From the IMG/VR virus record IMGVR_UViG_3300022660_001620: DNA of 20,000 nt; one strand, 5' to 3'. This document shows positions 7,634-16,036 of the stretch, piece after piece; within the stretch, counting starts at the first letter, position 1; each line of letters begins with the position of its first letter. The notes below the pieces were generated by a model. It saw nothing but the letters and a program-made list of their open reading frames with translations, had not been told where the DNA came from and made no database searches. This DNA is from an uncultured virus (IMG/VR IMGVR_UViG_3300022660_001620). Taxonomy: Duplodnaviria > Heunggongvirae > Uroviricota > Caudoviricetes. Both the position numbers and the translations under genes were made by a program.

Positions 7634-7785
7634 GCTTCCACCAGCTTTGTGATCTCACGCCCGCAGGCGGGGCAGAAGTGCCAACCGTTTTCCGCCGGGC
7701 CGTCCGCCTCAAAGTTTTCGATGTGGCCGCACTTGGCGCACTTCCAGGCATCATGCTCCGGGTCAATGCAGATGTATTCCGTCAT
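7630..7785 (-). CDS. Small zinc-ribbon protein (51 aa)
   Basis: GGAGG RBS, ATG 7785; WKCAKCG...HFCPACG. Confidence 0.75.
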   Translation of the reverse strand: MTEYICIDPEHDAWKCAKCGHIENFEADGPAENGWHFCPACGREITKLVEA

Positions 7786-7895
7786 TCCGGTTCCTCCTCC
7801 GGCTTGCCGTGCTGGCAGTCCTTGCACTCCACATCCTCGTTGGGGTTATCGCAGGGCCGCTCCTCCCACTCCGGGCAATTACACTGGTATCTCAT
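7782..7895 (-). CDS. Very small Cys-rich protein (37 aa), below the ORF-track cutoff
   Basis: MRYQCNCPEWEERPCDNPNEDVECKDCQHGKPEEEPE*; GGGAG RBS; fills the gap exactly, with an ATGA overlap. Confidence 0.65.
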   Translation of the reverse strand: MRYQCNCPEWEERPCDNPNEDVECKDCQHGKPEEEPE

Positions 7896-7899
7896 TCTT

Positions 7900-8637
7900 T
7901 TATCTCCCTTCCAATTCAAGTCGCGCGGCGGCCACTTCCAGCCAGTGCGCGTCGTTGTCTATCCCGATGTACTTCCTGCCCGCTCGCAGGCAGGCTTCTC
8001 CGATTGACCCGCTCCCCATGCAACAGTCGAGAACGGTTTGCCCCTCGTCCGTGTAGGTCAAGATCATTTGCTCGCACAGCCAAACCGGCTTTTGTGTCGG
8101 GTGCAGATTGGAGCGGCGTTTATCCGTCGGGCCTTTCAGCACATCCCTAGGGTATCTGTCCGTGCTGTCATAGCTGACATCGCCGTATTTCCCGTACATT
8201 TCCCCGTGTCTGCAGTTTCGCTTATGGCTGGCAGTGCTGACCTTTCGCTTGTGGCCGTGGGTCATTTGCGGGTTGTAGGTGGGCAGACGGTCATAAAAAA
8301 TCAGGATATTTTCATGGGCTTTCATCGGCATTTTCCGCGCGTTCAAATGCCCGGTTGCTTCGGTTTTCTCCCATATCCATTCATACCTGAACTCTTTGAG
8401 GTTGCTTACCCCCAGCACCTTGTCAAACGGAGATTGTGCAAACAGCGCCTTTACGCCGCCTGGCTTCACGGCCCTGTTTGCCGCAGCCCAAAACGCGGCA
8501 AGGTCTATCGGCGTGTCCCACTTACAGTTGGTGGTGCCATACGGCAGATCGGTGAAAAGCATATCAACACTGCCCGGCGCAAGCTGCAGCATCGTTTCTA
8601 CGCAGTCACCCAGCATAAGAATCGCGTTTTCTTCCAT
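7900..8637 (-). CDS. N6-adenine/N4-cytosine DNA methyltransferase, beta class
   Basis: GDC, catalytic TDLPY, WIWEK, HENILIF, HPTQKP, LDCCMGSGS (SAM-binding motif after the catalytic motif). ATG 8637 after GAGAGG. Confidence 0.92.
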   Translation of the reverse strand: MEENAILMLGDCVETMLQLAPGSVDMLFTDLPYGTTNCKWDTPIDLAAFWAAANRAVKPGGVKALFAQSPFDKVLGVSNLKEFRYEWIWEKTEATGHLNARKMPMKAHENILIFYDRLPTYNPQMTHGHKRKVSTASHKRNCRHGEMYGKYGDVSYDSTDRYPRDVLKGPTDKRRSNLHPTQKPVWLCEQMILTYTDEGQTVLDCCMGSGSIGEACLRAGRKYIGIDNDAHWLEVAAARLELEGR

Positions 8638-8647
8638 GCTGAACCTC

Positions 8648-10570
8648 TCATGCCGTGACTGCTTTTTCAAGCTGTTGCATGGTTTCGTATCGCTCCGTAC
8701 ACCATTCCGGCAGATTCGCCCGGACAAGGGCCGTCGCCATCGGCGGACACACAGCGTTTCCGCAGCGGGCAACCTGTTTTGTCTTGCCGTACTCGTTGCC
8801 CAGGTAGTCCCTGTCAATGATGTAATCAGGCGGAAATCCCATGGCGTTATAAAGCTCTCGCGGGGTCAGCATCCGCAGCATAATATCTGCGATGAAGTAA
8901 TACACGCCGCCGATCTCCAGCAAAAGCACATCATCCTCAGCCAGAGAATAGCCGCAGTATTCATTGAGCAGATCGCGGATTTTCGGCCAGTGCATCAAAT
9001 CTTTTCCGCCCGCTTTCACAAGACGGGTATGGCAGGCCGCGAACTCACCAGCGGATGCCGTGATCGTGCGCAACGGCTTTTTCGGGTCTTGCCCGATGTC
9101 CTGCCCCTTGAACTCGACGACATGGGCCGCCGTCAGGGCGTTGTGATCTATGGCCGTCACGGTTGGCACAGGCTCCGCCGCGCCCGCTCCGATCACCCCA
9201 CCGTAATACTTGCTGATATGTGCGCATACAACGGCTTCCCGGTCATGGCTGGTAACGGTGTGCATCGGTTTTGTCACATCCAGCGGCGCCCCGTTCCCGA
9301 AATACTCTACAAGCTGGGCCGTGGTCAGACCGTAGCGGTTTGAAGTGTCCGCCGTCGGCAAGGGCGCTGTCATTCCGTTGGCCCGTACATTTTCGGTTTG
9401 CTCTGTGTGATACTGAATCATGTTCGCCGCCACGACACACGCTTCCTGCTTTGTTACGCCGGTTGGTGCCGGGTCGTTTACATCCCGAATCCGATCACCG
9501 CCGCCGGTCTGGCCGATGCTCATAAGGCTGGCCGACGCAAGGATTTGTCCCCCTGCGGTGCGTATTGTGTGTACCGGCTCTCCGGCATCCGCGCCCACGC
9601 TCCCGCCGGTATTACTGAATGTGAACGGTGCCATAACAGGCTCGCACAGGCCGCCGGTATATTTCCCGGTGACGGTGTTGACCGGCTCCGCCGCGCCCCT
9701 TGTGTGTCCGTCCCCTCCGTGGTTACACTCCACAATGAACGGCTCGCCACTGCGGATGGTGAACTTGTCCACACCGCGAATAACGCGGCGCATCGTATTC
9801 TTTGCCAGCGGTCGGACAGCGTTCACGCCGTACTTTTCCTTGATCTCCTGCTTTGTTTCAAACACGGAATAACACGGGATGCTCCAGTCGATGATCTCCG
9901 CCGCGCTTCTCCACGGAAGCAGTCGCCCGTTCTGTACCTCCTGACTGTCTCTCGGCGCGTGGGTGCGCTCCGGCCAGACGATGGGCCGCCCGTCACATCT
10001 GGCGATCAGGACAAACCGCTTTCGCGTGGTAGGTGCGCCCAGGTCTGCCGCCACAATCTCCCGATGCTCCACGCGGTAGCCCAGTGCAAGCAGTTGTTTC
10101 TTCCACTGTTGAAATGTTTGGCCCGCTTTTTTCTTGATCGGCTTTCCTTTGCGCACAGGCCCCCAGGTAACAAACTCCTCGACATTCTCCAGAATAATCA
10201 CCCTTGGCCGTACAGTACCGGCCCAGCGCAGCACAATCCACGCAAGGCCGCGAATGTTTCTATCCACCAGCGCCGCGCCTTTTGCTTTGCTGAAATGCTT
10301 GCAGTCCGGGGAAAACCATGCAAGGCCGACCTTGCGCCCCCGGCAAACCTCCCTGGGGTCAACATCCCACACACTCGCCTGCAAATGCTCGGTGTACGGG
10401 TGGTTGGTTTTGTGCATCAAGATTGCGTCCGGGTCGTGGTTGATGGCGATAGCCACCGGGCGGCCCGTTGCCAGTTCCATTCCCGTTGAAGCACCACCGC
10501 CGCCGGCAAAATTGTCCACTATGATCTCGTCAAGAAAACTTAATTGACCGCGATAGCTATTGTCTTTCAT
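8648..10570 (-). CDS. C5-cytosine DNA methyltransferase with an expanded variable region (640 aa)
   Basis: Motif I FAGGGG, IV SPDC, VI ENV, VIII RKR, IX RMLTPRE, X GNAV. ATG 10570 after GGAGGAG. Confidence 0.93.
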   Translation of the reverse strand: MKDNSYRGQLSFLDEIIVDNFAGGGGASTGMELATGRPVAIAINHDPDAILMHKTNHPYTEHLQASVWDVDPREVCRGRKVGLAWFSPDCKHFSKAKGAALVDRNIRGLAWIVLRWAGTVRPRVIILENVEEFVTWGPVRKGKPIKKKAGQTFQQWKKQLLALGYRVEHREIVAADLGAPTTRKRFVLIARCDGRPIVWPERTHAPRDSQEVQNGRLLPWRSAAEIIDWSIPCYSVFETKQEIKEKYGVNAVRPLAKNTMRRVIRGVDKFTIRSGEPFIVECNHGGDGHTRGAAEPVNTVTGKYTGGLCEPVMAPFTFSNTGGSVGADAGEPVHTIRTAGGQILASASLMSIGQTGGGDRIRDVNDPAPTGVTKQEACVVAANMIQYHTEQTENVRANGMTAPLPTADTSNRYGLTTAQLVEYFGNGAPLDVTKPMHTVTSHDREAVVCAHISKYYGGVIGAGAAEPVPTVTAIDHNALTAAHVVEFKGQDIGQDPKKPLRTITASAGEFAACHTRLVKAGGKDLMHWPKIRDLLNEYCGYSLAEDDVLLLEIGGVYYFIADIMLRMLTPRELYNAMGFPPDYIIDRDYLGNEYGKTKQVARCGNAVCPPMATALVRANLPEWCTERYETMQQLEKAVTA

Positions 10571-10833
10571 AACTCCTCCACGGCCCGCTCCAGCCAATCC
10601 ATGCACTTGTTTACAGCCTCGCCAGTGTAGGGCTGCACGGCTCTGTCCAGCCTGTCCGGGTCCGCGCCCATCTTGGCAAGCAGGATCGCCAGCTCCTCGG
10701 TGTCCATAACTTCCATCTTGTCAGCGTTGTTCCGTACTACCTCCGGGCAATGCACTTTCCGCGCACACTGGCAGGCTTTCCCGCCCGGATTTAACAGGTA
10801 GCCGGGGACGCTGCATCTATTGCACATTTTCAT
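10567..10833 (-). CDS. Small Cys-rich hypothetical protein (~88 aa)
   Basis: GAGGGGTG RBS; CNRC and CQC; ATGA overlap with the MTase. Confidence 0.7.
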   Translation of the reverse strand: MKMCNRCSVPGYLLNPGGKACQCARKVHCPEVVRNNADKMEVMDTEELAILLAKMGADPDRLDRAVQPYTGEAVNKCMDWLERAVEEL

Positions 10834-10852
10834 GTGTGTCACCCCTCAAAGT

Positions 10853-11059
10853 TCATTCTTCATCGTACCTTGTCGCGTAATCCCCGGCGGCATAAAGCTC
10901 GCATCGCTCCATGTCCGGCCGTCTCACGCAACTGCTATTCATCAGCTTCCCGTTTTCCACTCTTTGCGGCTGATAGCTCTTGGAGCGTACCACACGGGAG
11001 CAGTATCCATCCCCATCCTCTTTGTATCGGTCAAGGTGCTTGCATCCGTGGCAGTTCAT
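10853..11059 (-). CDS. Small Cys-rich hypothetical protein (~68 aa)
   Basis: MNCHGCKHL...GYC...C; ATGA overlap at 11056-11059. Start uncertain. Confidence 0.65.
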   Translation of the reverse strand: MNCHGCKHLDRYKEDGDGYCSRVVRSKSYQPQRVENGKLMNSSCVRRPDMERCELYAAGDYATRYDEE

Positions 11060-11472
11060 GTCCCGCATCCTTTCCAACGGAAATTTTCGCACTGAAACGC
11101 CACCCCCTCCTTGTAACACATCTTCCCGCAGGCGGCGCAGTAGTCACCGCACAGATCGGCCAGAACCTCGTCCGCAACAGGATTGTCGATGCCATGCGCT
11201 TGCCGGACGCTCTCGATCTTCCCGAATACAGTGGTGATGTCCACCACCGCAGCGTCCCGCTCTTTGGTCAGCTTGGCCGTTGTCTGTTCCAGTTCGATCA
11301 TGCGCTTGGTAACCACATCCCGCTCCCCTCGGGCGGCGGAAAGCACTTCGTTCATGTATTCCAGCGCGGCGGCAGCATCTTTACAGGCGCACCGCATTTC
11401 CCAGTCACTTCCAGTTCCCTGGTCATAGCCTGATACGGCATCATACAACCGGCTAATCAATTCTTCATACAC
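11056..11472 (-). CDS. Hypothetical phage protein, coiled coil plus Cys-rich C-terminus (138 aa)
   Basis: DAAAALE, ERDAAV, C-x3-C-x2-C-x3-C...CENFRWKG. Confidence 0.75.
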   Translation of the reverse strand: MYEELISRLYDAVSGYDQGTGSDWEMRCACKDAAAALEYMNEVLSAARGERDVVTKRMIELEQTTAKLTKERDAAVVDITTVFGKIESVRQAHGIDNPVADEVLADLCGDYCAACGKMCYKEGVAFQCENFRWKGCGT

Positions 11473-11476
11473 GGCT

Positions 11477-11746
11477 TTATCCCATCCCTTTCAGGCTCCA
11501 GTCGATGGCTTGTCCGCACTGTCCACAAAAGCTGTTTCTGTTGCCGTCCTCGTTGTGGAGGTATTCGCCGCTCCCGCAGCGCTGGCAGGCCAGTATATTT
11601 CCGTCGCCGTCAGGGCAAGGGCGCAGCGGCACCAGCTTCCCCAGTGCATCCCGGCCCATCCGACAAGCCTCGTTCACCGTTTCAATGCCGTCGTAATGCT
11701 CCCGGTGTTCGGGGTCGAGGATTTCCCGCGCTCTTTCAATCAGCAT
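11477..11746 (-). CDS. Zinc-ribbon phage protein (89 aa)
   Basis: GGAGG RBS, ATG 11746; CQRCG...FCGQCGQAIDW. Confidence 0.8.
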   Translation of the reverse strand: MLIERAREILDPEHREHYDGIETVNEACRMGRDALGKLVPLRPCPDGDGNILACQRCGSGEYLHNEDGNRNSFCGQCGQAIDWSLKGMG

Positions 11747-12410
11747 CCGCGTTATCCTCCATCCCGATCTGCTCCGCTTCTTCCTCCGGCTCTGCGTCCT
11801 GCTCCGCCAGGGCAGCGGCGACCTCCGCCCGCCGCTTCTCCCGGTAGAACTGCTCCGTACAAAGCGCCTGGAACTCGGCCAGATCGGCCAAATACTCCTG
11901 TGTGATGATCTGCGTGGGCATGATCGCCGCCAGCACATCAAAGCCATTATGTAAAACCACATACCGCTGTCCTGCGGAGGTCTTGCGCACGGTGTAGGTG
12001 ATGTACTCGCCGTTCTTGATCTCCTCGGCAAAAGGCGCGGTCAATGCTTCGTTGTAGAAGATGATCTCGCCGTCATTCGCACAGCGCAGGCCCGTGGCCC
12101 ATACACCTTTATGGACGGCAAGCACTTTGATCTTCTCGGTTTTCTGCTCGCCCTCCTCAAACTCCGACAGATTCATGCCGAAAATATTGCGGATGCTCTC
12201 GGCATAGCTCTCTTTCAGGTAGACCTTTTCCCACGCCTTTTCGGTCATGTCCAGCACCGTTCTAACCTGATCTTCGCCCTCCATTTCCGGCAGCTCCGTC
12301 GCCCGGAATACCGCATTAGGCGTACCCAGCCAAATGCCGCTGCCCGCCACATGAATAACGGCACAGTAGCCGCAGCTCTTGACCAGTTTTACATATTTCG
12401 ACAGCTTCAT
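11736..12410 (-). CDS. Hypothetical phage protein (224 aa)
   Basis: GAGGAGG RBS, ATG 12410 (MKLSKYVK...); acidic C-terminal tail. Confidence 0.8.
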   Translation of the reverse strand: MKLSKYVKLVKSCGYCAVIHVAGSGIWLGTPNAVFRATELPEMEGEDQVRTVLDMTEKAWEKVYLKESYAESIRNIFGMNLSEFEEGEQKTEKIKVLAVHKGVWATGLRCANDGEIIFYNEALTAPFAEEIKNGEYITYTVRKTSAGQRYVVLHNGFDVLAAIMPTQIITQEYLADLAEFQALCTEQFYREKRRAEVAAALAEQDAEPEEEAEQIGMEDNADAD

Positions 12411-12423
12411 TTGGCCGTCCTCC

Positions 12424-12561
12424 TCATACAAATAGATACAGGATGCACAGCTTCAGCAGGGCCAGCGGTGCCACAGCGGCCAAAGCCACCCACAGCACAA
12501 CAACGGCCACCGCCAACACCCCGGCGATTACGCCCAGCAGATCAGCGAAAAACTTCTTCAT
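12424..12561 (-). CDS. Small membrane protein (45 aa), below the ORF-track cutoff
   Basis: MKKFFADLLGVIAGVLAVAVVVLWVALAAVAPLALLKLCILYLFV*; fills the operon gap. Confidence 0.7.
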   Translation of the reverse strand: MKKFFADLLGVIAGVLAVAVVVLWVALAAVAPLALLKLCILYLFV

Positions 12562-12565
12562 GCCG

Positions 12566-13096
12566 TTACCGCCTTTCGCCAACGGTAACATAGGCCGTCT
12601 GCCTTTTGTTCAGCTCCAAATCCACGGGAGCCTTGCAGGAAAGACAGGTGTGCGAGAAAGTTTCCGCCGTGATGTTGGTTTTGTAGCGGAAGGTCTTGCC
12701 ACATTTGCAGTGCATGAACACCGGGCGCAGCTTCTCCAGCGGGGTTTCATACCCGCAGGAACACTTAAAGCCGTAGGTTTCCCGCTTCGCGCAGAACGCC
12801 TTGACCTCGCCGCACTCCTCGCACTTCACGATCAGAAATCCCTTGTAAGGCCCCTGGTCGTCGTCCGCCTGACTGGTATTCCAATCCTCCCGGCGGCCAA
12901 ACATCCGCTCAACGCGGCTCCGGCGCTCCGGCTCGCGGCGGGGGGGAGTAGCGCCGATCTTGGGGCGGTTGTCCAGGCGGACACTCTCGCCGCTGGCGGT
13001 GTCCTCCAGAAACACGCCGCCGTCTTTTGCGTAGGCCCGCAGCGCTCCGCGCTGGCACAGCTCCCGCACATCCTGAATGTTAATATCCTCTCGCAT
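12566..13096 (-). CDS. Multi-zinc-ribbon hypothetical protein (176 aa)
   Basis: CEECG, CSCG, CKCG, CLSC; GAGGAGG RBS. Confidence 0.8.
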   Translation of the reverse strand: MREDINIQDVRELCQRGALRAYAKDGGVFLEDTASGESVRLDNRPKIGATPPRREPERRSRVERMFGRREDWNTSQADDDQGPYKGFLIVKCEECGEVKAFCAKRETYGFKCSCGYETPLEKLRPVFMHCKCGKTFRYKTNITAETFSHTCLSCKAPVDLELNKRQTAYVTVGERR

Positions 13097-13108
13097 TGGT
13101 TATCCTCC

Positions 13109-13336
13109 TCATTTGAATTTCTTAGATGCCGGGCAAGTTGCCCAGTGGGGAACAAAGGCGACTTCGCCCGTATTGGTTTCTGATGCCATGCCGATGATCG
13201 TGTCGCCCTCGTCCGTGATAAAGATGCCTTTTCCGTCGGTGCTGATGAAAACAGGCTCCGGGTCAACCGGCATCGCCTTTCCACTTTTCATCCGCACCCA
13301 GTCGATTTCCGCGCCGCAACCCTTACAGATGCTCAT
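13109..13336 (-). CDS. Small Zn-binding phage protein (75 aa)
   Basis: GGGAGG RBS, ATG 13336; CKGCGAEI.W...GK.MPVD...HWATCP. Confidence 0.8.
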   Translation of the reverse strand: MSICKGCGAEIDWVRMKSGKAMPVDPEPVFISTDGKGIFITDEGDTIIGMASETNTGEVAFVPHWATCPASKKFK

Positions 13337-13340
13337 AGCG

Positions 13341-13760
13341 TCAACCTCCCGTGCTGCCAAAGCCGCCACGGTCACGGTTGCCCAGACTCTCCACCGGCTC
13401 AAAGGTTACGCGCGGTGCTTTCTCCACAAGGCGGAATTGACAGATGCGCGTACCCTTGGGAACTGTTGTACCCTCTTGCCGCAGGCAGATAGCGGGGAAG
13501 CCCCACACATCGCCGTCGCCGCAGTAGTCGTTTTCGATTACGCCCATGCTGTTCGCAAGCAACAGGCCCCACTTCCCAAAGGTAGAGGAGCGCGGAACGA
13601 TGTGCGCATAGTAGCCATCGGGGATTTCAATAGAAACACCCAGGGAAATGATCTTGTATCCCAGAAATTCAAGGGTGGTTTCCTCTGCCGTACAAAGGTC
13701 AATCCATTCTCCGTGAACTTCCGGCAAGGGGTTCCCATGGGTGTTGATTCTCACATTCAT
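13341..13760 (-). CDS. dut: Trimeric dUTPase
   Basis: WIDL, PRSST, GVIENDYCG, RICQF and RGGFGSTG motifs. ATG 13760 after GGAGG. Confidence 0.92.
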   Translation of the reverse strand: MNVRINTHGNPLPEVHGEWIDLCTAEETTLEFLGYKIISLGVSIEIPDGYYAHIVPRSSTFGKWGLLLANSMGVIENDYCGDGDVWGFPAICLRQEGTTVPKGTRICQFRLVEKAPRVTFEPVESLGNRDRGGFGSTGG

Positions 13761-13762
13761 AT

Positions 13763-14035
13763 TCAGTTGCCTCCGCTTCTTCTGCAAAATTCTTTCGGTA
13801 TTACCGTGGGACCGTCGCCCGGCTCTGCCCGCCACACTTCCGCGTCCAATATTTCCATCCAGTCGCAGCCCCAGTATTCCGCCGCGTTCAGAATAGCGGC
13901 AAAATTTGAATGATGTGGGACGATCACTTTGCCGTACTTCGGATGCACCACCCGCGCCCTGCCTTTTGCGTTCCAACGCTGTTCCCGCTCCCGTTCTCTC
14001 GCCCGTTGATAAATCTCCTCTCGTTCGCCGGTCAT
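13763..14035 (-). CDS. Hypothetical protein (90 aa)
   Basis: ATGA overlap at 14032-14035; HPKYG...NAAEYWGCDW. Confidence 0.7.
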   Translation of the reverse strand: MTGEREEIYQRAREREREQRWNAKGRARVVHPKYGKVIVPHHSNFAAILNAAEYWGCDWMEILDAEVWRAEPGDGPTVIPKEFCRRSGGN

Positions 14036-14400
14036 TTTCCCGCTTCTCCGGCATCCCGTAAGCGGCGCAGCCATTCCGCGTCTTTCTCCTGTCCGTAGAA
14101 CGCATGGGCCAGCCACGCGCCGGATGCCATCATAGCAAGGCCGACAACGCCGACAATAATGATGTCCCCGATTTCAGAACATCCGCCAGAAGAAACAGTG
14201 ACAACAAAGCCAGCCATTCCGACGAATCCTCCAATGGTTTCCCGCACCCTGTTCCACTGCCGGGCGCGGTGGGCCTCACGCTTGCGGCGCAGCTCTGCCC
14301 GCTTCCGGCGCTTGATCTCAGCGTTGTACTGCTCCACGGTGTAAAAATTGACTGATGTACGCCTCTCGGTTTCGATGATCTCACAGTATGCGGTTGCCAT
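14032..14400 (-). CDS. Two-TM membrane protein with a basic N-terminus (122 aa)
   Basis: GAGAGG RBS; two hydrophobic stretches. Confidence 0.75.
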   Translation of the reverse strand: MATAYCEIIETERRTSVNFYTVEQYNAEIKRRKRAELRRKREAHRARQWNRVRETIGGFVGMAGFVVTVSSGGCSEIGDIIIVGVVGLAMMASGAWLAHAFYGQEKDAEWLRRLRDAGEAGK

Positions 14401-14433
14401 AGATAATCCTCTCTTTCGTGCTGGTGCCGGGTA

Positions 14434-14697
14434 TCAACCGGCGTTTTCTGCTATGCTTCTTGCTGCCGCGCTCCGGCCCATCCGGCGGCGCTCATAAAGT
14501 CGCTGCTGGGCCAGCTCGGCGCTGTACCCGATGCGTCCGTTGCCGTCCATCTCCCCGGTGTCGCCTCGCTTCAATTCGTTGTACACGGTAGAACGATGGA
14601 CTTTCAGCTTTGCCGCGATCTGCTCCGCGCCACATCCTTTGTTATAGAGGGCTTCCAACTCTTCGCGGTCTTTCAGGGTAAGATGCTTCTTGGTCAA
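14434..14697 (-). CDS. Stand-alone IS30-type helix-turn-helix protein (HTH_38-like), no DDE domain
   Basis: KHLTLKDR..LEALY..G....QIA.KL.VHRSTVYNELKRG...YSAELAQ matches the IS30 transposase N-terminus. AAGGAGG then TTG 14697; stops after 87 aa. Confidence 0.8.
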   Translation of the reverse strand: MTKKHLTLKDREELEALYNKGCGAEQIAAKLKVHRSTVYNELKRGDTGEMDGNGRIGYSAELAQQRLYERRRMGRSAAARSIAENAG

Positions 14698-14731
14698 GCC
14701 TTTTGTCCTCCTTTTCTGCTGGATTTTGGGC

Positions 14732-14779
14732 AAAAAAATAAATGCGGGAAAACTCTTGTCGAGTTCTCTCGCATTTATT
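14732..14779 (-). promoter_or_regulatory. Long inverted repeat with a minus-strand T-tract; attenuator/terminator or operator in front of the early operon
   Basis: AATAAATGCGGGAAAACTC-TTGTC-GAGTTCTCTCGCATTTATT (17/19 match); A7 at 14732-14738. Confidence 0.6.
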
Positions 14780-14892
14780 CTAATAACTCAGCTCTTTTTC
14801 TTTGCCCATTAATCAACAAGTAGAATTTTTGTTATTCGTTTTTCATTATTAGCCGTCAGAATTATAGTCACAAGGAAAGGAGGCTATGCCAT

Positions 14893-16029
14893 ATGCCAAA
14901 AAAAGGCGAAAACATCTATAAAAGGAAAGACGGTAGATGGGAAGGACGATATATCAGGTCACGAACTGATACCGGGAAAATAGTATATGGGTATGTATAT
15001 GCAAAATCATATCGTGAAGTCAAGACTAAGTTACGAGAAATCACCCATATATATAACCAGAAAACTTTTGTAACAGTTGCGACAAATCCATACTCATTTT
15101 CGAAAATCGCATTAGATTGGTTTGAAAGTGTCAAATCACAAGTTAAAGAATCTACACGGAATAAGTATCACAATATGCTTACTGACTATATACTCCCATC
15201 GTATGGGAATCAAACTTTGGACAGCATAACTTATGATTTTATAGAATCTCACTGTAACCTCCTGTTGGTATCAGGTGGAAAAAAGGGTAATGGATTATCA
15301 ACAAAAACGGTGACAGATGTGTTGTCAGTAATTCGTAATATCTTGAAATTTGCAATTAGGAAAGGTATATATGTACCTTGCGATGGTAGTGCTGTTCAAG
15401 TAAAACGTACAGCTAATCCGATGAGGGTTTTTAGTAAAACTGAACAAGCGCAGCTTTGTAAATATATATTAGCAGAGCCTGAACCATGTAACATAGGTAT
15501 TCTCGTATGTCTATTCACTGGATTGCGAATTGGTGAAATCTGTGCTTTACGATGGGAAGATGTATCCTTCTCTGATCAGACAATACACGTTCACCATACT
15601 CTGCAAAGGGTTCAAAATCAATCTGGTTGCGGAGCGAAAACAAAGATAGTTGTAACTACTCCCAAAAGTTCCTGTTCCATAAGAACCATCCCTATTCCTG
15701 ATGAACTGATCAAGATGCTTGCTGCACACAAAAAGTCATCCGTTGGGTATTTGCTAACAAATGACGAACATAAGTTTGTGGAACCGAGAACTATGCAAAA
15801 CAAATTTAAGAAGGCACTAAAATCAAGTGGCGTAGAATCTGCCAATTTTCATGCAACCCGTCATACATTTGCTACCAGATGTATTGAATTGGGATTTGAT
15901 GTGAAAAGTCTTAGCGAAATTCTTGGTCACGCAACTGTCAATATCACAATGAACCGATATGTTCATCCTACCCTGGAGCTAAAGAAAGAAAATATGAAAA
16001 AACTTTCTTCTTTATTAACCGTCAAATAA
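14893..16029 (+). CDS. Tyrosine recombinase/integrase with N-terminal arm-binding domain
   Basis: NIYKRKDGRWEGRY N-domain; catalytic TGLRIGE (R), TPKS (K), HATRH, LGH, NRYVH (Y). AAGGAGG RBS. Confidence 0.95.
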   Translation: MPKKGENIYKRKDGRWEGRYIRSRTDTGKIVYGYVYAKSYREVKTKLREITHIYNQKTFVTVATNPYSFSKIALDWFESVKSQVKESTRNKYHNMLTDYILPSYGNQTLDSITYDFIESHCNLLLVSGGKKGNGLSTKTVTDVLSVIRNILKFAIRKGIYVPCDGSAVQVKRTANPMRVFSKTEQAQLCKYILAEPEPCNIGILVCLFTGLRIGEICALRWEDVSFSDQTIHVHHTLQRVQNQSGCGAKTKIVVTTPKSSCSIRTIPIPDELIKMLAAHKKSSVGYLLTNDEHKFVEPRTMQNKFKKALKSSGVESANFHATRHTFATRCIELGFDVKSLSEILGHATVNITMNRYVHPTLELKKENMKKLSSLLTVK

Positions 16030-16036
16030 AATCGTC

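Larger units (their letters stand above)
1..14800. mobile_element. Prophage-like region (early/replication/regulation module plus accessory cassettes); extends beyond the window's left edge
   Basis: Long co-oriented, overlapping minus-strand operon of phage-type genes (dUTPase, two MTases, HD, DUF1064-like, RinA/ArpU-like, Zn-finger minis). GC-rich, with an abrupt change to AT-rich DNA near 14720-14850. No structural genes are inside the window. Confidence 0.75.

Noticed and set aside
8396..10489. Long plus-strand ORFs 8396-9343 and 9398-10489
   Set aside because: Antisense to clearly motif-bearing methyltransferases.
14434..14733. Intact IS30 insertion sequence
   Set aside because: No DDE domain follows; the ORF is short and integrated in the phage operon.
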